Shown one piece after another: positions 40,503 through 50,336 of a stretch of 64,000 bases of DNA (position 1 is the first letter of the stretch; each line of letters opens with the position of its first letter). The notes beneath the pieces are model-generated. The model had not been told where the DNA came from. It saw only the letters and a list, made by a program, of their open reading frames with translations, and did no database searches. This stretch comes from Candidatus Latescibacterota bacterium (GTDB taxonomy: Bacteria > Latescibacterota > UBA2968 > GCA-2709665). Location of the stretch: the NCBI GenBank assembly GCA_965226795.1, contig CBDDDZ010000003.1, positions 224,001 to 288,000 on the forward strand, written 5' to 3'. Both the position numbers and the translations under genes were made by a program.

Positions 40503-41351
40503 TTACTCGGTTTCTTCCAGACCAGTCACCGGCTCGGGTGAACCGCGCTTTTCCCATTTCTTGAGCCGGATTTTTCCGTTTTCCAATACCGCATAAGTGC
40601 ATTGCTGAATCCAGTCGCCCAGGACCACAAGTTCCCCGCCGCGTTCGGCGGGACGATCGGTTGGATTTCCGAGACACACCTTCGGACCTGACTGATCGCC
40701 GTCTGAACCGCCCACGCGAGCGTGAAGAAAAAAGTGATAGTGGCCGTGGATCACGATGTCGATGCCTTCTGCGATTTTTTCACCTGCGGCCTTGTAGAGA
40801 ATATCCCGGTTACCGAAACCCCGTCTCCGGATGCGGAACTCGGAAAGGCGGGAGGTGGACCTGGCGAGGATCGCCCCCAGGTCCGGGTGAAGCAAGCGAA
40901 ACAGCCCCACGCAGAACCGGTTTTTCAGGACCCCGCGGCTGAGGCGGAATCGCCAATCGGTCCGGATTTCGTCTCCGTGGGCAATGTGGATTTTGAGGCC
41001 CTGATGGGTGACCGTGATCGGACCGCCCGGGAGTTCAACGCCAAGCTGCCCGGAGAAGTATTCGCCCGGCCAGAGGTCGTGATTACCCGGCAGGTAAATC
41101 ACGCGCACACCTGCCTCGACCAGGTTGTAGAGTTCGAATAGGACCCGGGCGCCGCTCGAAGGGATCGTCGTGCGGTATTCGAACCAGAAATCGAAGAGGT
41201 CGCCGACGATATAGAGCGCCCGTGCGTCGTGGCGGATGGACCTCAGGAAGTCGATCAGGACGTCTTCCCGCTCGCGGGTGCTGTGTCCAGTACCCGGCGC
41301 CCCGATGTGGACGTCGGATATGAAATAAATCCGGTTCAAGTACATCACCAA
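40503..41351 (-). CDS. Metallophosphoesterase, UDP-2,3-diacylglucosamine diphosphatase (LpxH-like)
   Basis: ISDVH, GDLFDFWFEY, GNHD, AHGD, GHYH, LGDW. Confidence 0.82.
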   Translation of the reverse strand: MVMYLNRIYFISDVHIGAPGTGHSTREREDVLIDFLRSIRHDARALYIVGDLFDFWFEYRTTIPSSGARVLFELYNLVEAGVRVIYLPGNHDLWPGEYFSGQLGVELPGGPITVTHQGLKIHIAHGDEIRTDWRFRLSRGVLKNRFCVGLFRLLHPDLGAILARSTSRLSEFRIRRRGFGNRDILYKAAGEKIAEGIDIVIHGHYHFFLHARVGGSDGDQSGPKVCLGNPTDRPAERGGELVVLGDWIQQCTYAVLENGKIRLKKWEKRGSPEPVTGLEETE

Positions 41352-41446
41352 TGTCAGGAAAAACAGCTATCAGCAATCAGCTTGAACCGTTTCACGATAA
41401 GGCCTGGCGAAATCAATTGACACATGTCCTCACCGACATTGCGTTC

Positions 41447-41470
41447 GTTGGGGCGGTTCGCGAACCGCCC
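41447..41470 (+). repeat. REP palindrome
   Basis: GTTG-GGGCGGTTCGCGAACCGCCC; faces the inverted REP at 41803-41826 across B4. Confidence 0.7.
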
Positions 41471-41494
41471 GCCTTGTGGCCCTTCAAGATCTAT

Positions 41495-41770
41495 CTCTCA
41501 GCCACCCGGTGGTGGCGTTGGGGGCTTTTCCGCGCCAATCCGTTCAGCAACACGGTTTACGGATCACCTGCGATCTACGCAGGCCTCCAACCCTTGTAGG
41601 CGCCCCTGAGGCGATTTTCGGAAAAGCAGCCCCGCGGCGTTTGAGCGGCGCCGTTCTTTTTGGCCCTTTTTCTTTGGCGAGAAAGAAAAAGGGCGTAAAA
41701 ATAAAAAAAATAACAATTTAAGAGAAATATATGGACGAGGTTATAGCAAACCCATCATTCACGTTTCCCC
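41495..41770 (+). repeat. Structured dispersed element, subfamily B copy 4
   Basis: CCGTTCAGC-N31-CAGGCC; terminal hairpin; A-rich tail ending AAACCCATCATTC shared with B1 and B6. Confidence 0.85.
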
Positions 41771-41802
41771 AAATACCCTTCCTCTTGCGAGCCTAGGCAC
41801 AC

Positions 41803-41826
41803 GGGCGACCCGTGGGTCGCCCCTAC
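41803..41826 (-). repeat. GTAG-type REP
   Basis: GGGCGACCC-GT-GGGTCGCCC-CTAC. Confidence 0.75.
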
Positions 41827-41890
41827 AAAAATCAGACATCCGTGCATTCACATCGCCATGCCTTATCGCCAACTGCTGTTGGCTGACCGC

Positions 41891-44065
41891 TTACTCTCTC
41901 AGTAACTGTCTGATCACCGGGGCCTGCGGATCGTCGGGATTCAGTTCCAGGGCTTTTTGCAGGTTGGCTCTGGCTTCCTCCATGCGGTTCAGAGCACCGT
42001 AGGCAAGGCCCAGGTTGAAGTAGGCGCTTGGGAGCCGGGGATTGATTTGAATGGCTTTTTGAAGGTAGGGGATCGCCTTTTCGTACCGGCCCATGCTGTG
42101 GTACGTACCGCCGATGTTCAGGTAGGTCCGCGCGCTGGCCAGATGGGGTTGAAGTTGGAGTGCTTTCTTGAGATGTTCGACGGCCTCCGCGTAACGGCCC
42201 AGGCCATGGAAGGCCGCACCGAGGTTGACGTAGGCATCGGCGAGGCCGGGTTGGATTTCAAGGGCTTTATTGAGAGGGTCGATGGCTTCGCCGTACCTGC
42301 CCATCTCGTTGTAGACGGCGCCGAGGTTGACGTACGCATTCGCGGCTTCGGGTTTGAGTTCAACGGCTTTCTTGAGTTGGTCGATCGCCGCCCCGTGCCG
42401 TCCGGTTGCCAGGTAGGCGGTACCCAGATTGATATAGGCTTCCGCGAAGTCGGGTTGGATCTCGACCGCTTTTCTAAGGTGTTCGATCCCACGCTGCGTC
42501 TGCCCGAGGTCGCAGTATATGATCCCGGCCGACAACCAGTGTCTGGGGTTTTTCGGACTCGCGTCGAGCGCGCGCCTGTAGGCGTTCAGCGCGGGTACCG
42601 TTTTCCCCCTCAGCCGGTAGTAGGTACCGAGCGTTTCCCATCCGTAGGAGGCGGCATGTCCGCCCAGCCTGCCCATTTGGTGCACGTATCGCGCCTCGGC
42701 GGCCGCGGGTTTGGCGTTCACGCCGATCCACAACATGGTGTGCAGGGCGGCCGCTGCGAAAATCACGGAAACGTTACGGGAACGCGGTTCCGCGTGTTCG
42801 CGGAGTTCCAGAAGCGCCGAGGCGGCCCATAGCGTGAGCGGCAGGGCCGGAAGCGCCAGAATGTCCCAGTCCCTGAACGCGCCGATCTCGGGGTTGGCGA
42901 AAAACGTGAAGACGAGCGGGACGGCTGCGGCAGCAAGCAGGAAGGGGTGGTGTCGAAAGTCTTTCCTGCCGAACAGGAACAAGGCCATCAACGCGGCGGG
43001 GGCCGAGAGGATCTGCAAGTTGATAAAGTCAAGCAAATGGGAGATTGAGAAGATACGGTAGGGAACGTAGAATCCGGGATCGGCAAGCAGGGGAAGGAGA
43101 TGAATTTTCCCGCCAGTCCGCTCCAGAAAGGCGACGAAATCGAAGCCTGCGAGCCAGAAGACCAACACGGCGGCAAGCGGGGCTGCGCACAGCGCGCCCA
43201 GAGGTGCGACGACGTTGTTCCATCGCTGCATTGAGCTCTCCCTGCGCCGATACCCGTAATAGGCGAGGATGAGCAGGGAAGGCACAAAGAGTACAAACAG
43301 AAAGTGGAACGGGACGAGGAGACCCAGCACCAGCGCAGGTACGTAAAGGGGGGCGCGGTTGGCCAGGCATCGAAGACCTGCCAGCAGATAGAGCAGACTG
43401 GCCGGCATGTAAAAGGCGTAGTTTTCCACGTAACCGAAGAAGAGTTGTACGTATCCGGCGGTAACGAGGAAGGTGAACACGACGGATTTTTCACGGTCGT
43501 TTTTCCCGAGAGCGCCGGCCGTGGCGAACGCGAGCAGGACGTACAGGAGACCGGAGGCGTAGCTGTAGACCCGGTACGTGTTCTCGGCGGAATGCCACAC
43601 CTCGGCGCCGGCGCGATGCAGGACTCGAATCAGCACGAAGGTGAGGGGCGCCCGATCCACGCGTTCGAAGATTCCGGCGTCCAATTCCCTCATGTAAAGG
43701 TACCCGTCGCCCAGGAGATGGCGCGCGGACTGCAGCGCAAAGAAGCCAGCCAGCGCAAGGAGAATCACCAGGGTGCGGACAAGCCAGGTGCGGGCGCCGC
43801 TGCCCCAGAGAACGGAAGGAAGCGTCCCGAACCATGCACGGACTCGAGCACGCACGCATGGAACGAGAACGAGTACGGCAAGCAGGATGAAAACTGCACG
43901 GAGCGAATCCGAATAGTAGTACAGGAGATCCGCGCCCCAGAAGGGGTTGGGACGCCAGAAAGCGAGAAGGATGTGAAGCCCCAGGAACGCGGCGGCGATG
44001 GTGGCCGGCTGCCTGAGACGATCTGATCGTTGCCGTTTGGAATTTCGTGTCCTTTTCTTGCTCAA
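41891..44065 (-). CDS. Polytopic membrane protein with C-terminal TPR array
   Basis: Roughly ten or more TM segments, then about 7 TPRs (AYxNLG...ALEIQP). Confidence 0.85.
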   Translation of the reverse strand: MSKKRTRNSKRQRSDRLRQPATIAAAFLGLHILLAFWRPNPFWGADLLYYYSDSLRAVFILLAVLVLVPCVRARVRAWFGTLPSVLWGSGARTWLVRTLVILLALAGFFALQSARHLLGDGYLYMRELDAGIFERVDRAPLTFVLIRVLHRAGAEVWHSAENTYRVYSYASGLLYVLLAFATAGALGKNDREKSVVFTFLVTAGYVQLFFGYVENYAFYMPASLLYLLAGLRCLANRAPLYVPALVLGLLVPFHFLFVLFVPSLLILAYYGYRRRESSMQRWNNVVAPLGALCAAPLAAVLVFWLAGFDFVAFLERTGGKIHLLPLLADPGFYVPYRIFSISHLLDFINLQILSAPAALMALFLFGRKDFRHHPFLLAAAAVPLVFTFFANPEIGAFRDWDILALPALPLTLWAASALLELREHAEPRSRNVSVIFAAAALHTMLWIGVNAKPAAAEARYVHQMGRLGGHAASYGWETLGTYYRLRGKTVPALNAYRRALDASPKNPRHWLSAGIIYCDLGQTQRGIEHLRKAVEIQPDFAEAYINLGTAYLATGRHGAAIDQLKKAVELKPEAANAYVNLGAVYNEMGRYGEAIDPLNKALEIQPGLADAYVNLGAAFHGLGRYAEAVEHLKKALQLQPHLASARTYLNIGGTYHSMGRYEKAIPYLQKAIQINPRLPSAYFNLGLAYGALNRMEEARANLQKALELNPDDPQAPVIRQLLRE

Positions 44066-44182
44066 TGCCCCGTTCCTCCTGCCCTCGTCGCCATGGTTTT
44101 CTCCCTTGACGCATCCCCATGATAAGGATATGTTAACAGATACCCTATGTCGATTCTATCTCCGTCGTGATCCTGAGACCCT

Positions 44183-45436
44183 ATGTCGGACCCTCAACGA
44201 ACCACTTATGATCTGATAATCGTCGGCGCAGGGCCCGCGGGTGCCGCCGCCGCATTGTACGCGTCGCGACACGGTCTCAAGACCCTTCTCCTTGACAAAT
44301 CCACCTTCCCGAGAGACAAAATCTGCGGCGATGCCCTGTCGGGAAAAGCAGTTGCCATACTGCTCGAACTCGGCCTGCTTGAAAAGATCCGGAATCTGCC
44401 CGGCGCGATCATCAATAAGATCGTTTTCAGCAGCCCGAATCACGTCGATGCCCTGATCGACCTTGAGCGCCATACCCTTCACGACGTCGGAACCGGTCGG
44501 GATATCCCCATGGAGGGATTTGTCATCCGCCGGAAGGTTTTTGACGACTTTCTGTTCCGGGAAGCCCGGGAATGCGTCGATGCGTGCATCGAGGGGTTTA
44601 CGGTAAAGGACCTGGTCCGGGAGAACGGAACCGTCAAGGGCGTAACCGGCAGCGCCAATGGAAAAGAGCGCACCTACCGTGCCAACCTGGTCCTGGGCTG
44701 CGACGGCTTCAACTCCATCGTCGCCCGACGAACCGGGCAATATCGACACGACGGGCGGCACTGGGTTGTTGCCCTGCGTTGCTACTACAAAAACGTGACG
44801 GGTCTGACGGACCAGATCGAACTTCATTTCGTCAATGAAGTCCTGCCGGGATACTTCTGGGCCTTCCCCCTTGAGAACGGCTATGCAAACGTCGGCATCG
44901 GCATGCTGCACAGCAGCCTCAAGCGCCGCAGAGTTAATCTGAAGGAGGCGCTTCAGACGGTAATCAACCGCCCGCCCTTCGACCGGCGATTCGCGAATGC
45001 GCGCGCCATGGAAGAACCCGTCGGATGGAATCTTCCCATCGGCAGCATCCGAAGGAAAAGCTATGGCAACGGATTTATGTTGCTCGGCGACGCCGCCGGG
45101 CTGATCGACCCCTTCACCGGGGAGGGCATCGGCAACGCCCTGTACGCCGCACGTTTCGCGGCGCAGGTCGCCGCCGAAGCCAGAACGGCGAACGACTTCA
45201 GCGAAGCCTTTTTGAAACGTTACGAAGACCGTCTCTGGGATGCCATTGGCGACGAACTCAGAACCAGCAAGCGCCTGCAGGACCTGGGCCGCTGGCGGCC
45301 CCTGCTCAATCTCGTCATTCAAAAGGCGGCACAGAATCAACAGATCAGCGATCTTATCACCGGCATGATCGCCAACGCCGTTCCCAAGAAAAAGCTCTTC
45401 AGCCCCGTCTTTTATCTCGGGCTTCTTTTCAAGTGA
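44183..45436 (+). CDS. Geranylgeranyl reductase family flavoprotein
   Basis: VGAGPAG, FPRDKICGD, GYFWAFP, GDAAGLIDPFTGEGI. Confidence 0.92.
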   Translation: MSDPQRTTYDLIIVGAGPAGAAAALYASRHGLKTLLLDKSTFPRDKICGDALSGKAVAILLELGLLEKIRNLPGAIINKIVFSSPNHVDALIDLERHTLHDVGTGRDIPMEGFVIRRKVFDDFLFREARECVDACIEGFTVKDLVRENGTVKGVTGSANGKERTYRANLVLGCDGFNSIVARRTGQYRHDGRHWVVALRCYYKNVTGLTDQIELHFVNEVLPGYFWAFPLENGYANVGIGMLHSSLKRRRVNLKEALQTVINRPPFDRRFANARAMEEPVGWNLPIGSIRRKSYGNGFMLLGDAAGLIDPFTGEGIGNALYAARFAAQVAAEARTANDFSEAFLKRYEDRLWDAIGDELRTSKRLQDLGRWRPLLNLVIQKAAQNQQISDLITGMIANAVPKKKLFSPVFYLGLLFK

Positions 45437-45465
45437 GACTTGTCGTTCACAAAGGAGGACTCATC

Positions 45466-46401
45466 ATGAAAGCCATGGGCATGCCGTCAGTCCTGTGCTT
45501 TGCCTTGCTGTTGTCATTCGGCGCTTCCATCCACGCCGCGGACAAAATCACCATTCGGATCTCCCATCCGGACGGCCGTACCATCAAGTACAAACACAAA
45601 TATTCCTTTTCCTACAAGAGCGACCGCTCCGAAATTCTCGTTCCCGGACGCACGAATCGCGGAAATACCTCCGGTGAAATCAGAGGCGAATGGCAAAGCC
45701 TGGAAATCACGCAAGCCGGTGCGGACGGGGAATCCGACGCGCAAACCACGCGTATTGTCGCAACCGTACGCAAAGCCTTCAGCGGTTTCTTCTTTGAGCG
45801 GAAACGCCTGACCTACGACCAGTTTCCCTATACACTGGATCAGTTGGACGACCGGCAACTCACCTGGATTCTGTCTTCGGATGGAACGATTGAACGGTTT
45901 ACACCCGGCTTCTCCGCGAGAGAACTCAACCGGCCTGACATTCTCACGGATATCTGGCAGATCTGGATGCCCGAACTTCAGCCGGTACTTCCCCAGGAAC
46001 CGGTTGGCCCTGGCGACACGTGGTCCGGCAAGAGGATTTTCAAGACCCCGACCCTTATGATCGATGACGAAGCTGTCGTGGATATTGAAAGCGAATACAA
46101 GGTAAAGAATATCGCAACAAAGAAAGGAAATAAAGTTGTCACATTCGAAGAGAAAAGGAAGGTCCGTTATAGAGCGGCTTTCACTATCGGCTCCCTGTCT
46201 CTTGTCGTCGACGGAACCGGAGGAGGCAAAGGCACCTGGATCATCGACGCGGACCGCGGAATCGTGCTGTCCCATAACATAAGAACGAACATCACGCGCC
46301 CCGAGGTGAGGCGCATGGACCACAAAAAACCCGTGGACAACATCCGAGCCGACATCGACCTGACTTACGAACGGAAACTGAACAAGGTCGAAAAGGAATA
46401 A
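45466..46401 (+). CDS. Secreted hypothetical protein
   Basis: AAGGAGG RBS; signal peptide ending IHA; LPQEPVGPGDTW motif. Confidence 0.75.
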   Translation: MKAMGMPSVLCFALLLSFGASIHAADKITIRISHPDGRTIKYKHKYSFSYKSDRSEILVPGRTNRGNTSGEIRGEWQSLEITQAGADGESDAQTTRIVATVRKAFSGFFFERKRLTYDQFPYTLDQLDDRQLTWILSSDGTIERFTPGFSARELNRPDILTDIWQIWMPELQPVLPQEPVGPGDTWSGKRIFKTPTLMIDDEAVVDIESEYKVKNIATKKGNKVVTFEEKRKVRYRAAFTIGSLSLVVDGTGGGKGTWIIDADRGIVLSHNIRTNITRPEVRRMDHKKPVDNIRADIDLTYERKLNKVEKE

Positions 46402-46491
46402 AGAGTCAGCCATTAGCATACAGCCGTCAGCAACAACAGGTATCAGCTCTCAGCAAACAGCTTAAACCGGTTCGCCGCTCCTGAGCTTTGT

Positions 46492-46840
46492 CCCTCACGC
46501 GACCGGTTGTGGAGTGTGGGGTTTGTTCGCGGCAAAAATCGCGCCGCTCACCATCAGCCTCGAACGCCAAAACCAGGCGTCCCCTGTTGTCCCGTATAGA
46601 CCCCGGAACAACAGGTCACCCGCTTCGCGGGCGGAGGCGGATTCTCCACTCTTTAACGTCCAGCACCGAAGTGCCGTGGATCCCGATGCGTACGTAGGGC
46701 ACAACCGCCAGTATACGCCACTGACGAGATTCGTGGAAAAACCGGCTCCGCGCCGAGCGGTCTGCCTGCGCCGGCCCGTGCTCGGCAGGCAGGCGCGGTT
46801 CTTTTTGGTCCTTTTCCTTGCGCGAACAAGAAAAAGGACG
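46492..46840 (+). repeat. Structured dispersed element, subfamily B copy 5 (with roughly 130-nt 5' insertion)
   Basis: CGTCCAGC-N30-TAGGGC; nested palindrome as in B2; terminal hairpin. Confidence 0.82.
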
Positions 46841-46884
46841 GAGAAATTGAGAATTGATTGAAGTGATGCATTTCCCTCCCCTTG

Positions 46885-47769
46885 ATGCGCGACCAGAATA
46901 AAGCCTACCTCTACGCCATAACGACGGTTCTACTCTGGTCGACCGTCGCCTCCGCCTTCAAGATCTCCCTCCGATATCTGGACCACCTGCAGCTTCTCTT
47001 CTATGCCGGTCTGGCTTCTTCGTGTACCCTGGCGCTTTTAATCGTCATCCAGGGCAAACAAAGCCTCGTTTTTACGTACTCAAAAAAACAATATTTGAAG
47101 TCCCTCCTTCTCGGCCTGCTCAACCCATGCCTCTACTACCTGATCCTCTTCAAAGCTTACGATCTTCTGCCCGCTCAGGAAGCTCAGCCCCTGAACTACA
47201 CCTGGGCCATTACGCTCTCGCTCCTGTCCATTCCGCTTTTAAAACAGCGCATTAAACCACAGGAAATCCTTGCCGGTTTCGTGTGTTATTCCGGCGCCCT
47301 GGTGATCTCCACTCGCGGCAACATCCTGGACTTTCGGCTCTCAGACCCCCTTGGCGTAACCCTGGCCCTCGTCAGCACCATTGTATGGGCGTTGTTCTGG
47401 ATCTACAACACTCGGGATGACCGGGACGCCGTTGTCGGCCTCTTTCTCAACTTCACGTTCGCCCTGCCGTTCACGTTCGCACTCTGCCTGGTTTTCTCGG
47501 ATCTCCGAATTTCCAGTCTCTACGGCCTGATGGGCGCCGTGTACGTCGGCTTCGTCGAAATGGGCATCGCCTTCGTTTTCTGGCTCATCGCTCTACGGCT
47601 CTCGGAAACAACGGCCCGAGTTGCCAACCTGATCTTCATCTCTCCGTTCGTCTCCCTGATCTTCATCCACTTCCTGGTCGGCGAAGAAATCCTGCCGACC
47701 ACCCCGATCGGGCTGGTTCTCATTGTCGCCGGCCTGCTGATCCAGCGGCTCGGTTCGCGATCGAACTGA
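46885..47769 (+). CDS. DMT/EamA family transporter
   Basis: About 10 TM helices, two EamA-like halves. Confidence 0.9.
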   Translation: MRDQNKAYLYAITTVLLWSTVASAFKISLRYLDHLQLLFYAGLASSCTLALLIVIQGKQSLVFTYSKKQYLKSLLLGLLNPCLYYLILFKAYDLLPAQEAQPLNYTWAITLSLLSIPLLKQRIKPQEILAGFVCYSGALVISTRGNILDFRLSDPLGVTLALVSTIVWALFWIYNTRDDRDAVVGLFLNFTFALPFTFALCLVFSDLRISSLYGLMGAVYVGFVEMGIAFVFWLIALRLSETTARVANLIFISPFVSLIFIHFLVGEEILPTTPIGLVLIVAGLLIQRLGSRSN

Positions 47770-47844
47770 AAATTCAAGAAATCACCGCCAGAACGGAATG
47801 CCCGGAGAAAAGTGATCATGGTTCCATCGGCAGCCCTGTGCTTA

Positions 47845-48007
47845 CCGAAGCGTGGTCATTGCCTGTGCTGGCTTGTCGAAGCAAGCTTGTCGAAATGTGT
47901 ACGCTGAGCCTGTCGAAGCGCCCGTGTTTCGGCGCCCTTCGCCGACCCATCGACAGGCTCAGGGCAGGGCTTAGGGGCCACAGGCTCACGATGCGGGCTC
48001 AGGGTGC
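47845..48007. repeat. Family D nested palindromic element
   Basis: TGTCGAAGCAAGCTTGTCGAAATGTGTACGCTGAGCCTGTCGAAGCGCCCG is identical to the 28479-28529 block. Confidence 0.75.
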
Positions 48008-48209
48008 CGCTGAATCCGCGACTCCATCCCATTTCCATATACCGGTCTGCGAGGGCATACCTGCATTCACCTCCAGCTCCGGGGGAAAGTGAAAAGCCGC
48101 CAGACTACGTGACGGCTTGTTCATTCTCCTTGCAGATGCAACAATCATACGACGCAACAGGGATATCAGGCGATAGTGGCGCCAAGATCGTTTTGCGATT
48201 TACCGAAGG

Positions 48210-48642
48210 TTACGCTTTGGATTTGAGCATGGAGAGGCCCATCGCGGCCAGGATCAACGGCAGGGCGGCGTCAATCACAATCCACACCGCGGAGACCGTT
48301 TCCATTGCTATGGCGGTGAAACCGGGACTGTGGAGGTTAAAAAAGTTCAGGAAAAAAAGAATACCCAAAAAGGAGGCCGTAGAATTGCACGTTGGCTTCG
48401 AGATATTCGCGGGTCACGGAAGCGTCGCCGCCTTCACGTCCAGCGTCGCGCCTGCGAATAAATCCGAAGACAAGGCCCAACACGATCGCCAGCAGCATCA
48501 GCGCGTTAATCTTGCTCCAATGCGGGCTGTACGGACTGGCTGCGGTGGAAGTGTAATACAGCGGTTCGGCGACCGTATGGATTGCCACCACGGCCGCAAC
48601 GAGTACAAGATAGACGCCAACGATGCGTTTGAAAGAATCCAT
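48210..48642 (-). pseudogene. Frameshifted small membrane protein
   Basis: AAAGGAG RBS; frame breaks near 48365; alternate frame continues GILFFLNFFNLHSPGFTAIAMETVSAVWIVIDAALPLILAAMGLSMLKSKA to the stop at 48210. Confidence 0.7.
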
Positions 48643-48875
48643 ATTTGCTTCTCCTTTCTATGGTGCGACACGGTACGGAGTGCGGTTCAGGTGACGAAAC
48701 GCAATGAACCTCGTTCAGAAAAGGTCATCGAAATGTGGCTGGCGTGAACAACCGAGACAAACAATGCCCCGCGCGCCAGGAAAAAGGGTAACGGGCAACG
48801 CACGCGTGCAGGCGAGGCTAATCATTCATTCCCATCGATACGCGGGACCAGCGCCATAACCGGGATGGCTCCAAC

Positions 48876-50336
48876 CTACAGGAACCGAAACATTTTCGCT
48901 GGTTCGTACCCCGGCATCACCGACCGATGCTCACGGCCCGCAATCAATGTCTGCCCGTCCGTAAACCCCTCAGGTCGGCCCTGGAGAAACCCGATCAATC
49001 GCTTCCGCCAGGGAGTCAACCGATCCTCCGAGCCATCCCCTGTCGCCAGGTCTTTCAGTTCAAGCGGATCCTCGTCCAGGTTGAACAGGTGCTCCCTGTC
49101 TGTCTGTGTGTACCAGACGTATTTATGGCGCCCATCCGTCACATAGTGATTTCCATGCTCGTACTCATAGCACCCGGAGTGCTCGCCGTGCAACACATCG
49201 CGTACTCCGTCCGCTTCGCCGCGCAGCACCGGCACCAGACTCCTTCCCGTACACGTCTCCGGCACCTCCAGGCCGCAGGCATCCAGAATCGTCGGCATGA
49301 TATCCTGCAGCCCCACTGGCGTTCGGCACGTCACCGATTCCGGCGCCCCCCAACTCCGCGGCGCCCGGATCAGAAACGGCACGCGCGCCGACGCTTCGTA
49401 TGGCCATGTTTTCCGGAACAAGTGATGATCGCCAAGCATCTCGCCGTGATCTGAAGTAAAGATGATCAGACTCTCGTTCAGGATGCCGCGTGTAAATTGG
49501 ATCAACCTTCCGATCTGATCGTCGATGAAATTCACCATCCCGTAGTACGCCGCACGCGCACACTGCATATCGTGCGGACCCAGACAGATCTCCGACGCAT
49601 TCGGATCCAACCCCTTGCGCGGCCCGTCGAACCCGGGCGCCCAATCTCCCACAACCGGTTCCGGCAGCGCGCGATTGATGTAGCGGTCGTAATAGACCCG
49701 TGGCGGCGTCAGCGGCGGATGCGGATCGATAAAGGAGAGATTCAGGAAGAAAGGCGCAGATGGATCCCGCTTCTGAAGAAACGCCATCGCCCGGTCCACG
49801 CACCAGAACGTATGCATCTGTTCTTCGGGCAGATGGTGCGGCCGTCCCACCCAGCCGTTTGACGAAAGCCCATGCGCCATACCGGGGTCCACCGCCATGC
49901 GTCCGTGGTGTTCGCGCAGCCAATCTACGTAATCGTTCTCCTTTCCCCGCGTGCCATCCGCAAGCTGCATATGGTCGAATCCGTACCGCTTCCGCATCGG
50001 GTGCAAATGTAACTTCCCGATCATTTCCGTCTGATATCCCGCCCCGGACAGTCCTCCCGCCAGGGTATGCGACGGTTCCCACTCCGTTCCCTGAAACCCC
50101 ACCACGCCATTCGCCGCGGGCGCCATCCCCGTCATCAGGCACCGCCTTGCGGGAATACAGCTGGGACACTCCGAATACCCACGACCAAAAAACGCTCCCG
50201 TACTGCCCAACCAGTCGAGATTGGGTGTCTGTAGAACCTCCGGCGCTTCGGGATCCAGCCCCACGCAATCCCCCCGCTGCTGATCCGTCGTAATCAACAC
50301 CACGTTCGGTCGGTCATTCGGCATTTCAGCCTCCAT
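48876..50336 (-). CDS. Sulfatase (Cys-type, FGly-dependent)
   Basis: PNVVLITTDQQR, SCIPAR (CxPxR), GKLH, PHPP, TSDHG. Confidence 0.93.
   Translation of the reverse strand: MEAEMPNDRPNVVLITTDQQRGDCVGLDPEAPEVLQTPNLDWLGSTGAFFGRGYSECPSCIPARRCLMTGMAPAANGVVGFQGTEWEPSHTLAGGLSGAGYQTEMIGKLHLHPMRKRYGFDHMQLADGTRGKENDYVDWLREHHGRMAVDPGMAHGLSSNGWVGRPHHLPEEQMHTFWCVDRAMAFLQKRDPSAPFFLNLSFIDPHPPLTPPRVYYDRYINRALPEPVVGDWAPGFDGPRKGLDPNASEICLGPHDMQCARAAYYGMVNFIDDQIGRLIQFTRGILNESLIIFTSDHGEMLGDHHLFRKTWPYEASARVPFLIRAPRSWGAPESVTCRTPVGLQDIMPTILDACGLEVPETCTGRSLVPVLRGEADGVRDVLHGEHSGCYEYEHGNHYVTDGRHKYVWYTQTDREHLFNLDEDPLELKDLATGDGSEDRLTPWRKRLIGFLQGRPEGFTDGQTLIAGREHRSVMPGYEPAKMFRFL

Noticed and set aside
44156..45340. Long antisense or alternate-frame ORFs (also 23484, 24994, 26092, 49165, 60542)
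   Set aside because: Shadows of GC-rich genes with clear motifs in another frame.
46721..46742. Hammerhead core CTGACGAG...GAAA in B5
   Set aside because: CTGANGA is not conserved in the other copies and stem II cannot be formed.
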